The notes: generated by a model from the sequence alone, not told the origin. Positions 1 to 8,399 are shown, numbered from the stretch's first letter. The stretch: 40,000 bases of DNA from Monoglobus pectinilyticus (GCF_002874775.1 NZ_CP020991.1:2106451-2146450); one strand, 5' to 3'. Translations and numbers: made by a program.

Positions 1-1
1 G

Positions 2-208
2 GATTATCAGAATGAATTTTATCAAGCTCATAAATATGACCTGAAAAGGCAAACTTTAGAAAATCTCAAAAATTTAGAGGATATATTAAGAATACCGAGT
101 GTGGAATTGTGTCTAGAAGTATATGCAGAAATATTATCCGAACTTAAGCAAGATGAAAAGAACAATATACAAAAAATGATGAAAAAGAAAGGCGATAATA
201 ATGAGTAG
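2..208 (+). CDS. Hypothetical phage protein, 3' fragment (start lies left of window)
   Basis: Open frame entering from the window edge (DYQNEFYQAHKYDLKRQTLENL...KKKGDNNE), stop TAG 206-208. No recognisable motif. Confidence 0.45.
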   Translation, partial: DYQNEFYQAHKYDLKRQTLENLKNLEDILRIPSVELCLEVYAEILSELKQDEKNNIQKMMKKKGDNNE

Positions 209-412
209 AAATTACATATGAAAAATTGTTTTAGAAGGTAACAAATGCATTGCGTTACAAAAATGAGATTATTTCTAAATGTAAAAACTTAGTTGATAAT
301 ATGAATAAATAATATTATTTAAACAAAAAAACGCCCTGCATATGCGAGGACGCTCGAAAAATAATAAACATATTATATCACATAATAGTGATAAAGTCAA
401 GGAGTGTTAAAT

Positions 413-856
413 ATGCAGGGTGTGACTATAGAAGAAACAAAACAGTGGTTAAATCGTGGTTATAAACTACGAGAGACGATAAGAATTTTAGAAAAAGCGC
501 AAATGCGCGCTTATGACATAGTGACGGGTACGACAATAACACTATCGGAAAGGGTACAGGAAAGTCACGGGAATGGAACAGAGAATAAATTAATTACATA
601 CGCAGATTACTGCAGGCAGATAGACTGTCATAAGACAGATTTATTTGAAATCTTGAAACAAATAACAAATGCAATAATGAAAGTTGAAAACAACATCTAT
701 AAAAACATACTCATATCAAGATACATTAATTTCGAGACATGGGAGAATATATCACAAAATATTGGATATTCATACAGACAAATACTGAGATTGCATGAAA
801 AAGCGCTACGAAAAGTTAAAGATGTCCTTGAATGTCACATTGAAAGTGTGATATAG
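413..856 (+). CDS. Phage late-gene transcriptional activator, sigma-70 region-4-like HTH (ArpU/RinA/DUF1492-type)
   Basis: ATG 413 lies 8 nt after AAGGAG; the track start GTG 404 overlaps that SD. The C-terminal ISRYINFETWENISQNIGYSYRQILRLHEKALRKV reads as a sigma region-4 HTH. Size and position upstream of the packaging genes fit phage late activators. Family recalled from memory. Confidence 0.55.
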   Translation: MQGVTIEETKQWLNRGYKLRETIRILEKAQMRAYDIVTGTTITLSERVQESHGNGTENKLITYADYCRQIDCHKTDLFEILKQITNAIMKVENNIYKNILISRYINFETWENISQNIGYSYRQILRLHEKALRKVKDVLECHIESVI

Positions 857-906
857 TGTATAATGTAGGAAATAAAAAATTTCTCCTTTTTAAATTTTTT
901 TCTATG

Positions 907-935
907 AGCCGTTACCTTATGGGGACGGCTTTTTA
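907..935 (+). terminator. Rho-independent terminator after the late-activator gene
   Basis: AGCCGT (907-912) pairs with ACGGCT (925-930), followed by TTTTT. Confidence 0.55.
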
Positions 936-1023
936 TATTGCGATTTTAGGTCTTGTGGGAATGATACATCATAAATAAATGCTGAGGGGTGGGCGGCTGT
1001 GATGTTAATGGAGGTAATTAATT

Positions 1024-1494
1024 GTGGAAATAATATATAAATCAACAAAAGAAATTAAGCCATATGAAAATAATCCGAGAAATAATAATGAAGCTGTTGA
1101 GAAAGTAGCAGTTAGCATAACAGATTACGGATTTAGGGTGCCAATTATTATTGATAGTAATAATGTAATAGTCGCAGGCCATACAAGGTATAAAGCCGCG
1201 TTAAAAATAGGCTGTGAATCTGTACCATGTATAGTTATTGATGACTTAACACCGGAGCAGATAAGAGCATATAGATTGGTAGACAATAAGACGGCAGAAT
1301 ATTCAAGTTGGGATTTTGAAATGCTTGAAAAAGAATTAAAAAGTTTAGATATAGATATTTCAGAATTTGAATTTCCTGATTTGGGAGAAACATTGGATAT
1401 TTCAGATGATGATTTTTATACAGATGAGACAGTAAAAAATGTTAAAGTGAAATCTATTAAATGTCCGCATTGCGGAGAAATTTTTGAACTATGA
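1024..1494 (+). CDS. ParB N-terminal-domain (ParB/Srx-like nuclease/NTPase) protein; possible DpdB analogue
   Basis: GTG 1024 lies 8 nt after GGAGGT. KPYENNPRNNNEAVEKVAVSITDYGFRVPIIID...VIVAGHTRYKAALKIG matches the ParB N-domain signature. The stop overlaps the next start (ATGA 1491-1494). Confidence 0.8.
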   Translation: MEIIYKSTKEIKPYENNPRNNNEAVEKVAVSITDYGFRVPIIIDSNNVIVAGHTRYKAALKIGCESVPCIVIDDLTPEQIRAYRLVDNKTAEYSSWDFEMLEKELKSLDIDISEFEFPDLGETLDISDDDFYTDETVKNVKVKSIKCPHCGEIFEL

Positions 1495-2255
1495 GAATAT
1501 ATCTTGCTACATCAACTAGTGGCGTTAAAAAAGAACAAAGAAAAGAAATGATAAAATGTTGTAGACCATTATATTTACTAGAGACTTTTTATTCAGGCGA
1601 AAAATGTTGCGCAATGGTTCAGAATGATGTTGGCACGGATAATTTTCTTCTTGACAGTGGAGCATTTTCATATATGAATGGAAAGTCTATAACAGAAAAA
1701 CAAATGGAGGAATATATAGAAAAGTACATCTGCCATATAAAAAAATACAATGTAAGATACTTTTTTGAGATGGATGTTGACTGTATATTTGGTCTTGAAA
1801 AAGTTGAAATTTGGCGTAAAAAAATTGAGAACCAAACTGGTATTAAGTCTATACCTGTGTGGCATAAGTCAAGAGGTATAGACTATTTCAAACGAATGGT
1901 CGATGAATATGATTATATAGCAATAGGCGGTTTCGCGAATGGTGATATAAAGAAGACAGAATATACGTTGATAAACAAAATGGTTAAATATGCGAATGCA
2001 AGAGGAACAAAAGTTCATGGTCTTGGCTTTACGCAAATGAAGCATATATATGATTATCCATTTTATAGCGTAGATAGTTCAACTTGGTGCACAGGAGTTG
2101 TGAGAGGAGGATATCTATATTATTTTGACGGTAAGATAATGAAATATGACATAATAAAAAATGGGAAAAAATTAAATCTATCTATAATGGCTATGCGGTC
2201 ATTTTCAGAATGGGTGAAATTTCAAAAATATCTAAACACAAGGAGAGTAGTATGA
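1491..2255 (+). CDS. dpdA: DpdA-like 7-deazaguanine DNA transglycosylase (TGT superfamily)
   Basis: 254 aa. The LLDSGAFSYM, IAIGGF, VHGLGFT and YSVDSSTW blocks resemble the shortened TGT TIM barrel of DpdA. It is ATGA-coupled to the ParB-like gene upstream and the YhhQ-like gene downstream. Confidence 0.6.
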   Translation: MRIYLATSTSGVKKEQRKEMIKCCRPLYLLETFYSGEKCCAMVQNDVGTDNFLLDSGAFSYMNGKSITEKQMEEYIEKYICHIKKYNVRYFFEMDVDCIFGLEKVEIWRKKIENQTGIKSIPVWHKSRGIDYFKRMVDEYDYIAIGGFANGDIKKTEYTLINKMVKYANARGTKVHGLGFTQMKHIYDYPFYSVDSSTWCTGVVRGGYLYYFDGKIMKYDIIKNGKKLNLSIMAMRSFSEWVKFQKYLNTRRVV

Positions 2256-2920
2256 GAAAAACAGAAAAGAATTTATCAATATTAACAATATTGTTTGTAG
2301 TATCATTAATAATTTCAAATGTAATAACAGGTAAAATCATTAATACCGGTATTCCGTTTTGGGGTTCAGTGATAACGATACCCTGTGCGGTTTTATGCTA
2401 TCCTATAACATTTTTAATTACAGATGTAGTCGGTGAGGTTTGGGGGAAAAATGAAGCAAATCATATAGTAAGATTAGGACTTATTTCACAGATAGCTGCT
2501 ACGATTATAATTATTATTGGGAAATATTTACCTTTTATTGACGCAGAAATGCAACAAGCATATATAAAAATATTAGGACAAAATTGGATATTCGTGATTG
2601 GTTCTTTAACTGCTTATCTAGTAAGTCAGAATCTTGATGTTCATATATTTCATAGATTGCGAGATAAGTATATTAAAAAACATGGCAGTACAAAAGGTGG
2701 TCGCTGGATATGGAATAATGCAAGTACAATGACAAGCCAATTTGTAGACACATTAATTTTTATAACGATAGCTTTTGGATTTGGATTTGGTTGGATATTT
2801 AACAATCAGATTACTCTAATAGGTATGTTGATAGGGCAGTATCTAATTAAGTTGATAATAGCGGCACTTGATACGCCGTTTTTTTATTTTCTGACAAAAA
2901 ATATAAAAGAAATAAATTAG
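2252..2920 (+). CDS. yhhQ: Queuosine-precursor (preQ0/preQ1) transporter, YhhQ/DUF165 family
   Basis: ATG 2252 follows AGGAGA; the track start 2210 lies inside the previous gene. Multi-TM protein with YPITFLITDVVGEVWG, SQNLDVHIFHRLR, NNASTMTSQFVDTLIF and AALDTPFFY blocks typical of YhhQ. Confidence 0.88.
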   Translation: MRKTEKNLSILTILFVVSLIISNVITGKIINTGIPFWGSVITIPCAVLCYPITFLITDVVGEVWGKNEANHIVRLGLISQIAATIIIIIGKYLPFIDAEMQQAYIKILGQNWIFVIGSLTAYLVSQNLDVHIFHRLRDKYIKKHGSTKGGRWIWNNASTMTSQFVDTLIFITIAFGFGFGWIFNNQITLIGMLIGQYLIKLIIAALDTPFFYFLTKNIKEIN

Positions 2921-2923
2921 GCA

Positions 2924-3035
2924 GTGTGGGGTGCTGGTAACGCCCCACACTTACGCTAGAGCACCTACCTCTAACGCAGATAGCCCTTCTCGGCCGAGAT
3001 TGCTACCTGCACCATTATACATGATTTAGAGGTGC
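2924..3035 (+). other. GC-rich structured intergenic element (10-bp hairpin plus a nested three-tier long hairpin that includes the next SD)
   Basis: Hairpin 1: 2924-2933 pairs with 2941-2950. Nested hairpin: ACCTCTA 2967-2973 with TAGAGGT 3027-3033; GCAGATAGC 2977-2985 with GCTACCTGC 3002-3010 (8/9); perfect palindrome TCTCGGCCGAGA 2988-2999. Confidence 0.6.
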
Positions 3036-3043
3036 GATGTCAA

Positions 3044-3235
3044 ATGGAAATAGATACCAAAATAAAAGAAGCGTTAGAAAAACGTGCTTATGGTTTTGAA
3101 ATTGAAGAAAAAGAGTTTATAAAAAATAAGAATAATGAAAATACTGGGAGAATAAAAGTAACAAAAAAATATATTCCCCCGGATGTAACTGCTTTAAGAA
3201 CGATTTTGCAATTAAAGCAGGCAGGGAAATGGTGA
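3044..3235 (+). CDS. Small protein homologous to the C-terminal half of the small terminase (no HTH)
   Basis: ATG 3044, with SD AGAGGTG at 3028-3034. ALEKRAYGFEIEEKEF...KKYIPPDVTALRTILQLKQAGKW aligns by eye with TerS residues ALLKRALGYIVEEKKI...IKHIPGDTTAQIFWLKNRKPNKW. Confidence 0.6.
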   Translation: MEIDTKIKEALEKRAYGFEIEEKEFIKNKNNENTGRIKVTKKYIPPDVTALRTILQLKQAGKW

Positions 3236-3239
3236 GGTT

Positions 3240-3704
3240 ATGGCAAAGGGCAAATATAAAAAATGGTTGAAACCTGAAAATTTATTATTAATAGAGGGCT
3301 GGGCTAGAGATGGATTGGTTGATGAGCAAATAGCGCATAACATGGGTATAGCGTGTTGTACCCTGTATGAGTGGAAAAATAAATATGCAGAGATAGACGA
3401 GACCTTAAAAAAGGGTAAAGAGGTAGTAGATTTAGAGGTTGAGAATGCACTGCTTAAACGAGCGCTAGGTTACATAGTAGAAGAAAAGAAGATTGAGGAG
3501 AATGGTATAGGTGGAGAAAAAACTATAACTACTATAAAGCATATACCTGGAGATACTACAGCACAAATATTTTGGCTTAAAAATCGTAAGCCAAATAAGT
3601 GGAGAGATAAACCAACAACAGAAGACAATACACAAGACCAAAACATAATTATTAATATTAGTCCGGCTACAACAAACGATATGGAAGATAGTTATGGAGA
3701 TTAA
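3240..3704 (+). CDS. terS: Terminase small subunit
   Basis: N-terminal HTH-like DEQIAHNMGIACCTLYEWKNKY. The C-terminal IPGDTTAQIFWLKNRKPNKWRDK motif is typical of Firmicute phage TerS. Lies directly upstream of and overlapping terL. Confidence 0.8.
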   Translation: MAKGKYKKWLKPENLLLIEGWARDGLVDEQIAHNMGIACCTLYEWKNKYAEIDETLKKGKEVVDLEVENALLKRALGYIVEEKKIEENGIGGEKTITTIKHIPGDTTAQIFWLKNRKPNKWRDKPTTEDNTQDQNIIINISPATTNDMEDSYGD

Positions 3705-4920
3705 TTTAAAAGTCAATAAGGTATATATACCTTATTTACAAAAACCACAATTTACACAGATATATTACGGCGGTTCCTCAAGCGGAAAGTCGTTTTTTTT
3801 ATGTCAAAAAATTATTATTGATAATATGAATGGTTGTAATTGGCTTATATGTAGAGCGGTCGGCAAAAGTATTAAACGTTCAGTTTTTAATGAAATCTAT
3901 AAAGCTATTAATTATATGGAACTTAGTAATTTATATAGCTTTAATTTTTCGGATATGGTTATTACAAACAAGGTAAATCAAGCGCAAATAGTCTTTGCCG
4001 GATTAGATGACGTTGAGAAATTAAAGAGTATAACACCACGAAAGGGCGTTATAGAACGAATATTTATTGAGGAAGCTACAGAAGTCAAAAGAAATGATTA
4101 TTTGCAACTCAAGAAGCGTTTGCGTGGACCGTCTAAAATAAGCAAATGTATTGTTATGGCTTTCAACCCTATTTTCAAATTACATTGGATTTATAATGAT
4201 TTTTTCGACAATAAGGTTGAAGACGGTTGCAAGAAATATGAAGATAAAAAAGTATCTATTTTAAAGACTACATATAAAGATAATATATTTCTTACAACTC
4301 AGGATATAGAAGCGTTAGAAGACGAAAGTGACCCATATTTTCACAATGTATATACATTAGGCAATTGGGGAGTTCTTCAAGGTCTCGTATATAAGAAATT
4401 TGTAGAGAAATTCTTTAATGTTTACGAAATTAGCAAAAGACCTGGAGTAGTATCGGCGTTTGGACTTGATTTTGGGTACACAAACGACCCTTCAGCTTTA
4501 TTCTGCGGATTGGTAGACGAAAAAAATAAGGAGATATATGTATTTGACGAGTTATACGAAAGGGGACTGACCAACATGGAATTGGCTCCAAAAATACAAC
4601 TAATGGGTTACGGCAAAGAAAAAATAATAGGTGACAGTGCTGTACCTCAAACGATTGAAGAATTAAGGCAATTAGGATTATCAAGGATAGAGGGAGCGTA
4701 CAAACATGAGGTTATGTACGGAATACAAAAACTTATGAATTTCACCTTTATTATACACCCTAAATGCAGAAACTTTATAAACGAAATTAATAATTACTCA
4801 TACGCCGAAAAAGACGGAGAGAGTATCAATAAACCAATAGATAAGTTTAACCACTTAATGGACGCTATGCGATATGCGGTTATCCCGAAATTAGAGGGAG
4901 ATGTATTTAGCTTTAAGTAG
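3694..4920 (+). CDS. terL: Terminase large subunit (PBSX-type)
   Basis: Walker A YYGGSSSGKSFF near the N-terminus, IFIEEATE Walker B-like motif, nuclease half with DFGYTNDPSA. 408 aa. Confidence 0.9.
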   Translation: MEINLKVNKVYIPYLQKPQFTQIYYGGSSSGKSFFLCQKIIIDNMNGCNWLICRAVGKSIKRSVFNEIYKAINYMELSNLYSFNFSDMVITNKVNQAQIVFAGLDDVEKLKSITPRKGVIERIFIEEATEVKRNDYLQLKKRLRGPSKISKCIVMAFNPIFKLHWIYNDFFDNKVEDGCKKYEDKKVSILKTTYKDNIFLTTQDIEALEDESDPYFHNVYTLGNWGVLQGLVYKKFVEKFFNVYEISKRPGVVSAFGLDFGYTNDPSALFCGLVDEKNKEIYVFDELYERGLTNMELAPKIQLMGYGKEKIIGDSAVPQTIEELRQLGLSRIEGAYKHEVMYGIQKLMNFTFIIHPKCRNFINEINNYSYAEKDGESINKPIDKFNHLMDAMRYAVIPKLEGDVFSFK

Positions 4921-4932
4921 CAGGAGGATAAA

Positions 4933-6426
4933 ATGTTTAATTTTTACGAAGAAACGCAGAGAATTATTAATATTATATCAAAAGGCGCAAATAAAGCGCC
5001 AACTATGAAAAGAATAGCGGAAATAGAATTAAATAAATATAAGCAGAGCAAAAAGCGTAAAAAAATGCTTACAGGAATAAATTATTATGATGGAAAACAT
5101 GAGATACTCAAAAAAAAGCGACTTGCCATTGAAGAGGGCGGTCAGGCTTCCGAACAGCACTATTTGCCTAATTCTAAAATAATTAATAATCAATATCGCA
5201 AAGCTGTAGACCAAAAGTCTAATTTTCTTTGCGGTCGCCCTATAGCAATTGACACGGATAACGATAAATATACCGACGAACTTAATAAGATATTTGACGA
5301 AAATTTTCATGCAATACTTAAACAGACGGCAAAAAACGCTTTAAATTGTGGTATATCATGGCTATATCCGTATATCAACGATAGAGGAGAGTTTTCCGTC
5401 AAAATATTCTCAGGTATTGAGATATTACCATTTTGGCAAGATGAAGAGCACAGATATATAGATATGGCTTGCAGATTATATGTTATCCCAACATATGAGG
5501 GGGAAAACGAAAAAGATGTGGAGCATGTTGATATATTCTTGCCTGAGGGGATTGAATATTATATATATGAAAATGGAAAATTAGTGATTGATTCTGAGCG
5601 TGAACCTGAACCATATCTTACATACAAAGATAAAGATGATAATGTTATATCTCTGAGTTGGGATAAAATACCGCTCATACCATTTAAATATAACTACGAG
5701 GAACAACCGCTTATAGAAAGGGTACAATCAATACAAGACGCAATAAATCTAATAATGTCAAATTTTGAAGATAACATGCTTCAAGACCCTTATAATACTA
5801 TATATGTATTGCTTAATTATGACGGTGCGGATTTAGAAGAATTTCGACATAATATTGCGCAGTATGGAGCGGTAAAAATAAGGTCCGTTAATGGTATTGA
5901 TGGAAATGTAAGCACTATAGAAGTAAAGGTGGACAGCGAAAATTATAAAGCTATCCTAGACCAATTAAAAAAAGCGTTAATAGAAAACGCAATGAGTTAT
6001 GATGCAAAAGACGACAGGCTTGGCGGTAATGCAAACCAAATGAATATACAGAGCATATATAATGATATTGACCTTGATGCTAATGGTATGGAGTTAGAAT
6101 TTCAAAGAGCGTTAAAAGAATTATTGTGGTTTGCTGATATGTATTTATACAATACTACAGGTCAGGATTTTACGAACGAAAAAGTAAAATTTGTATTCAA
6201 CCGCGATATGATGATGAACGAAAGTGAAATAATGACAATGCTTCAAAATTTAGGAGTGCAAATTTCACAAAAAACATTAATTTCTCAAGTGCCTTGGATA
6301 GATGACGTTGAAAAGGAATTGAGAAGAGTTGAAGAGGAATACAATACAACGAACAACGATGAGTATAATAACTTAGTCAATCAGATGAGAGGTGAAAGCG
6401 GTGATTTAGGAAATGCCGAAGAATGA
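4933..6426 (+). CDS. Portal protein (SPP1 gp6-like)
   Basis: 497 aa directly after terL, SD AGGAGG. INYYDGKHEIL motif and acidic C-terminus are typical of SPP1-family portals. Confidence 0.8.
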   Translation: MFNFYEETQRIINIISKGANKAPTMKRIAEIELNKYKQSKKRKKMLTGINYYDGKHEILKKKRLAIEEGGQASEQHYLPNSKIINNQYRKAVDQKSNFLCGRPIAIDTDNDKYTDELNKIFDENFHAILKQTAKNALNCGISWLYPYINDRGEFSVKIFSGIEILPFWQDEEHRYIDMACRLYVIPTYEGENEKDVEHVDIFLPEGIEYYIYENGKLVIDSEREPEPYLTYKDKDDNVISLSWDKIPLIPFKYNYEEQPLIERVQSIQDAINLIMSNFEDNMLQDPYNTIYVLLNYDGADLEEFRHNIAQYGAVKIRSVNGIDGNVSTIEVKVDSENYKAILDQLKKALIENAMSYDAKDDRLGGNANQMNIQSIYNDIDLDANGMELEFQRALKELLWFADMYLYNTTGQDFTNEKVKFVFNRDMMMNESEIMTMLQNLGVQISQKTLISQVPWIDDVEKELRRVEEEYNTTNNDEYNNLVNQMRGESGDLGNAEE

Positions 6427-7975
6427 AAAAATAGAAAAGTTACTTAAACGCAACGGCGAATATTGGTCGGGGCGTTTTTTGTATCTTGAAAAAGTACAAA
6501 GTAATAAAAATATAGAATACTTTCACAATCTTGAAAAACAGTACAATGAAGCTGTGCAGACGGTAACAAACGATATAAATAACTGGTATATGCGATTTGC
6601 TGAAAACAATAAAATAACATTTACAGAAGCAAAAAGATTATTAAATGCAAAAGAACTTAAAGAATTTAAATGGACTGTGGAAGAGTATATACAGAAAGGC
6701 AAAGAAAACGCCCTAAATAAACAGTGGGTAAAACAGCTTGAAAATGTTAGTGCTAGGGTACATATTAATCGTCTAGAGAGCCTTAGAATACAAATGCAGA
6801 ATCAGGTTGAGGTATTAATGGGTAATGAGTTAGATGATATAAGCAATCTTATAACTGACATATATCAAGATACCTATTATCGTTCTATTTTTGAAATACA
6901 AAAGGGTTTTGGAGTAGGGAGCAGCTTTGCAAAATTAGATACAAAATTAATTGAAAACTATATACATAAGCCCTGGACACCCGACGGCAAAAATTTCAGT
7001 GAAAGAATTTGGGGTACTCATAGACCCCAGCTTGTGAGAGAACTTGAAACAACGTTAACACAGTCAGTTATCAGAGGGGAGCAGCCTAAAAAAATAGCCG
7101 CTAAGATAGCAAAACGATTTGAGGTGAAGAAACATCAAGCCGAAAATCTTGTATTGACAGAAACAGCATTTTTCAAATCAAAATCTACATTGGACGGATT
7201 TAGAGAAATGGGAGTTAAAGAATATCAGAACGACGCAACTTTAGATAACAAAACATCTGATATATGCCAACATATAGACGGGACACATTTTTTAGTATCC
7301 GAGTATAAGCCGGGGATTACGGCACCGCCTTTTCATAATCGTTGCCGGACTGTTGCAATACCGTATTTTAACGATGAATTTACGGTCAATGAAACAAGGG
7401 CGGCGAGGGACAAGGATGGGGATATATACTCAGTGCCGGGTGATATAAAATATGCAGAATGGAAAAATAAATATGTTGAGGATTCTATATCAGATAATGA
7501 CCGTAAGTTATTTAATAAATATGTAACAATTCTAGGACTAAATGCGCCTACTATTGACGAATTTGTGAAAATGAGGTATAATAAAAAAGAGTGGGGACAG
7601 TTTACATCTTATTCGAGTTCAATAAAATCCGGTGAATTATCTCCTTTGGCTACATTTGAATTATATAAAAGTATCAGCAAAAAAATTGATGATAACTTAA
7701 TAGGCACTATTACAAGCAATGGAATAAAGATAACAGATAAATCTAAGCATTTTATATCAAGAGTAATAGGGTCGGTTGAGCAGAGGCGTAACGGCGTAAA
7801 TGTCAAAGATGTATTAGACGTGCTTCAAAATCCTGCAAGATTAGGTGATATTAGAAAGTTGAAGAATGGAAAAAGCCAAAGATTTATTGGCGACTTATTA
7901 ACGGCTACTGTTAATCCTGATACCGGAGTGTTAATACAGGTTAACCCAACAACTAGAAGAAAGGGGTTTAAGTGA
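6413..7975 (+). CDS. Head morphogenesis protein, MuF/SPP1 gp7 family, with an extra C-terminal toxin-like (BECR/RelE-fold-like) domain
   Basis: MuF core: ERIWGTHRPQLVRELETTLTQSVIRGEQ...TETAFFKSKS...DNKTSDICQHIDGTHF...PPFHNRCRT. An extra ~190 aa ends in KSKHFISRVIGSVEQRRNGVNVKDVLDVLQNP...GKSQRFIGD...VNPDTGVLIQVNP. Confidence 0.8.
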   Translation: MPKNEKIEKLLKRNGEYWSGRFLYLEKVQSNKNIEYFHNLEKQYNEAVQTVTNDINNWYMRFAENNKITFTEAKRLLNAKELKEFKWTVEEYIQKGKENALNKQWVKQLENVSARVHINRLESLRIQMQNQVEVLMGNELDDISNLITDIYQDTYYRSIFEIQKGFGVGSSFAKLDTKLIENYIHKPWTPDGKNFSERIWGTHRPQLVRELETTLTQSVIRGEQPKKIAAKIAKRFEVKKHQAENLVLTETAFFKSKSTLDGFREMGVKEYQNDATLDNKTSDICQHIDGTHFLVSEYKPGITAPPFHNRCRTVAIPYFNDEFTVNETRAARDKDGDIYSVPGDIKYAEWKNKYVEDSISDNDRKLFNKYVTILGLNAPTIDEFVKMRYNKKEWGQFTSYSSSIKSGELSPLATFELYKSISKKIDDNLIGTITSNGIKITDKSKHFISRVIGSVEQRRNGVNVKDVLDVLQNPARLGDIRKLKNGKSQRFIGDLLTATVNPDTGVLIQVNPTTRRKGFK

Positions 7976-8172
7976 TGAATATTACTGAAAAACAAAAAGA
8001 ACTTGTGAAAAAATATTTGAAAAAGTCATATACTGAAATATATCAACTCCTGTTAGATTTAGATGATAAAATAACAGAAATTGGTTTTGATGAGAATTAC
8101 GACATTAACGAAGAGGGCATATTATTGCAAAGGCTATATGATGACCTCTATTATCAAAATTCTGAAATATAA
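7975..8172 (+). CDS. Small acidic protein, candidate immunity partner of the MuF C-terminal domain
   Basis: ATG 7975 overlaps the MuF stop (TGATG). 65 aa, acidic, helical-looking. Followed immediately by a terminator. Confidence 0.55.
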   Translation: MNITEKQKELVKKYLKKSYTEIYQLLLDLDDKITEIGFDENYDINEEGILLQRLYDDLYYQNSEI

Positions 8173-8174
8173 AT

Positions 8175-8203
8175 AAGCTCCGATTTATCGGAGCTTTTAT
8201 TAT
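8175..8203 (+). terminator. Rho-independent terminator
   Basis: AAGCTCCG (8175-8182) pairs with CGGAGCTT (8189-8196), followed by a T-run. Confidence 0.75.
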
Positions 8204-8225
8204 GCTTTAAAACAGAGGTGAAATT

Positions 8226-8399
8226 ATGATTAAATGGGCGTTACCGATTTTACAAGTAGTCTTTATTATCTGCAAGGTGTTCAATTTATTAAATTGGAGT
8301 TGGAGTATAGTTTTCATACCGAGTTATATTTGGCTGACTGTATTCTTTATATTCCTAGTTTTCTGTTTAATATTTATATATTTGGGGGGCAAAAGATGA
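8226..8399 (+). CDS. 57-aa two-TM membrane protein (not in the ORF track, below its size cutoff)
   Basis: ATG 8226 lies 5 nt after GAGGTG. Translation MIKWALPILQVVFIICKVFNLLNWSWSIVFIPSYIWLTVFFIFLVFCLIFIYLGGKR. Its stop overlaps the next ATG (ATGA 8396-8399). It is a more plausible reading than the N-terminal half of track ORF 8234-8587. Confidence 0.55.
   Translation: MIKWALPILQVVFIICKVFNLLNWSWSIVFIPSYIWLTVFFIFLVFCLIFIYLGGKR

Noticed and set aside
209-403. Short inverted repeats (GTAAC..GTTAC, TATCAC-N6-GTGATA, GCATATGC) upstream of the late-activator gene as operators
   Set aside because: With only 5-8 bp each in AT-rich DNA, they are not distinguishable from chance without comparative data.
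2977-3014. tRNA-like minihelix ending in ACCA (GCAGATA...TACCTGC-A-CCA)
   Set aside because: It is only 38 nt, with no D or anticodon arms. The ACCA is probably coincidental. It is kept only as part of the structured-element finding.
2951-3043. preQ1 riboswitch, considered because it sits next to the YhhQ/DpdA genes
   Set aside because: The element lies downstream, not upstream, of the queuosine-related genes. It also lacks the short P1 hairpin plus A-rich tail (..CCCUCUAUAAAAAACUAA-like) of preQ1-I. No match to preQ1-II/III features was apparent by eye.
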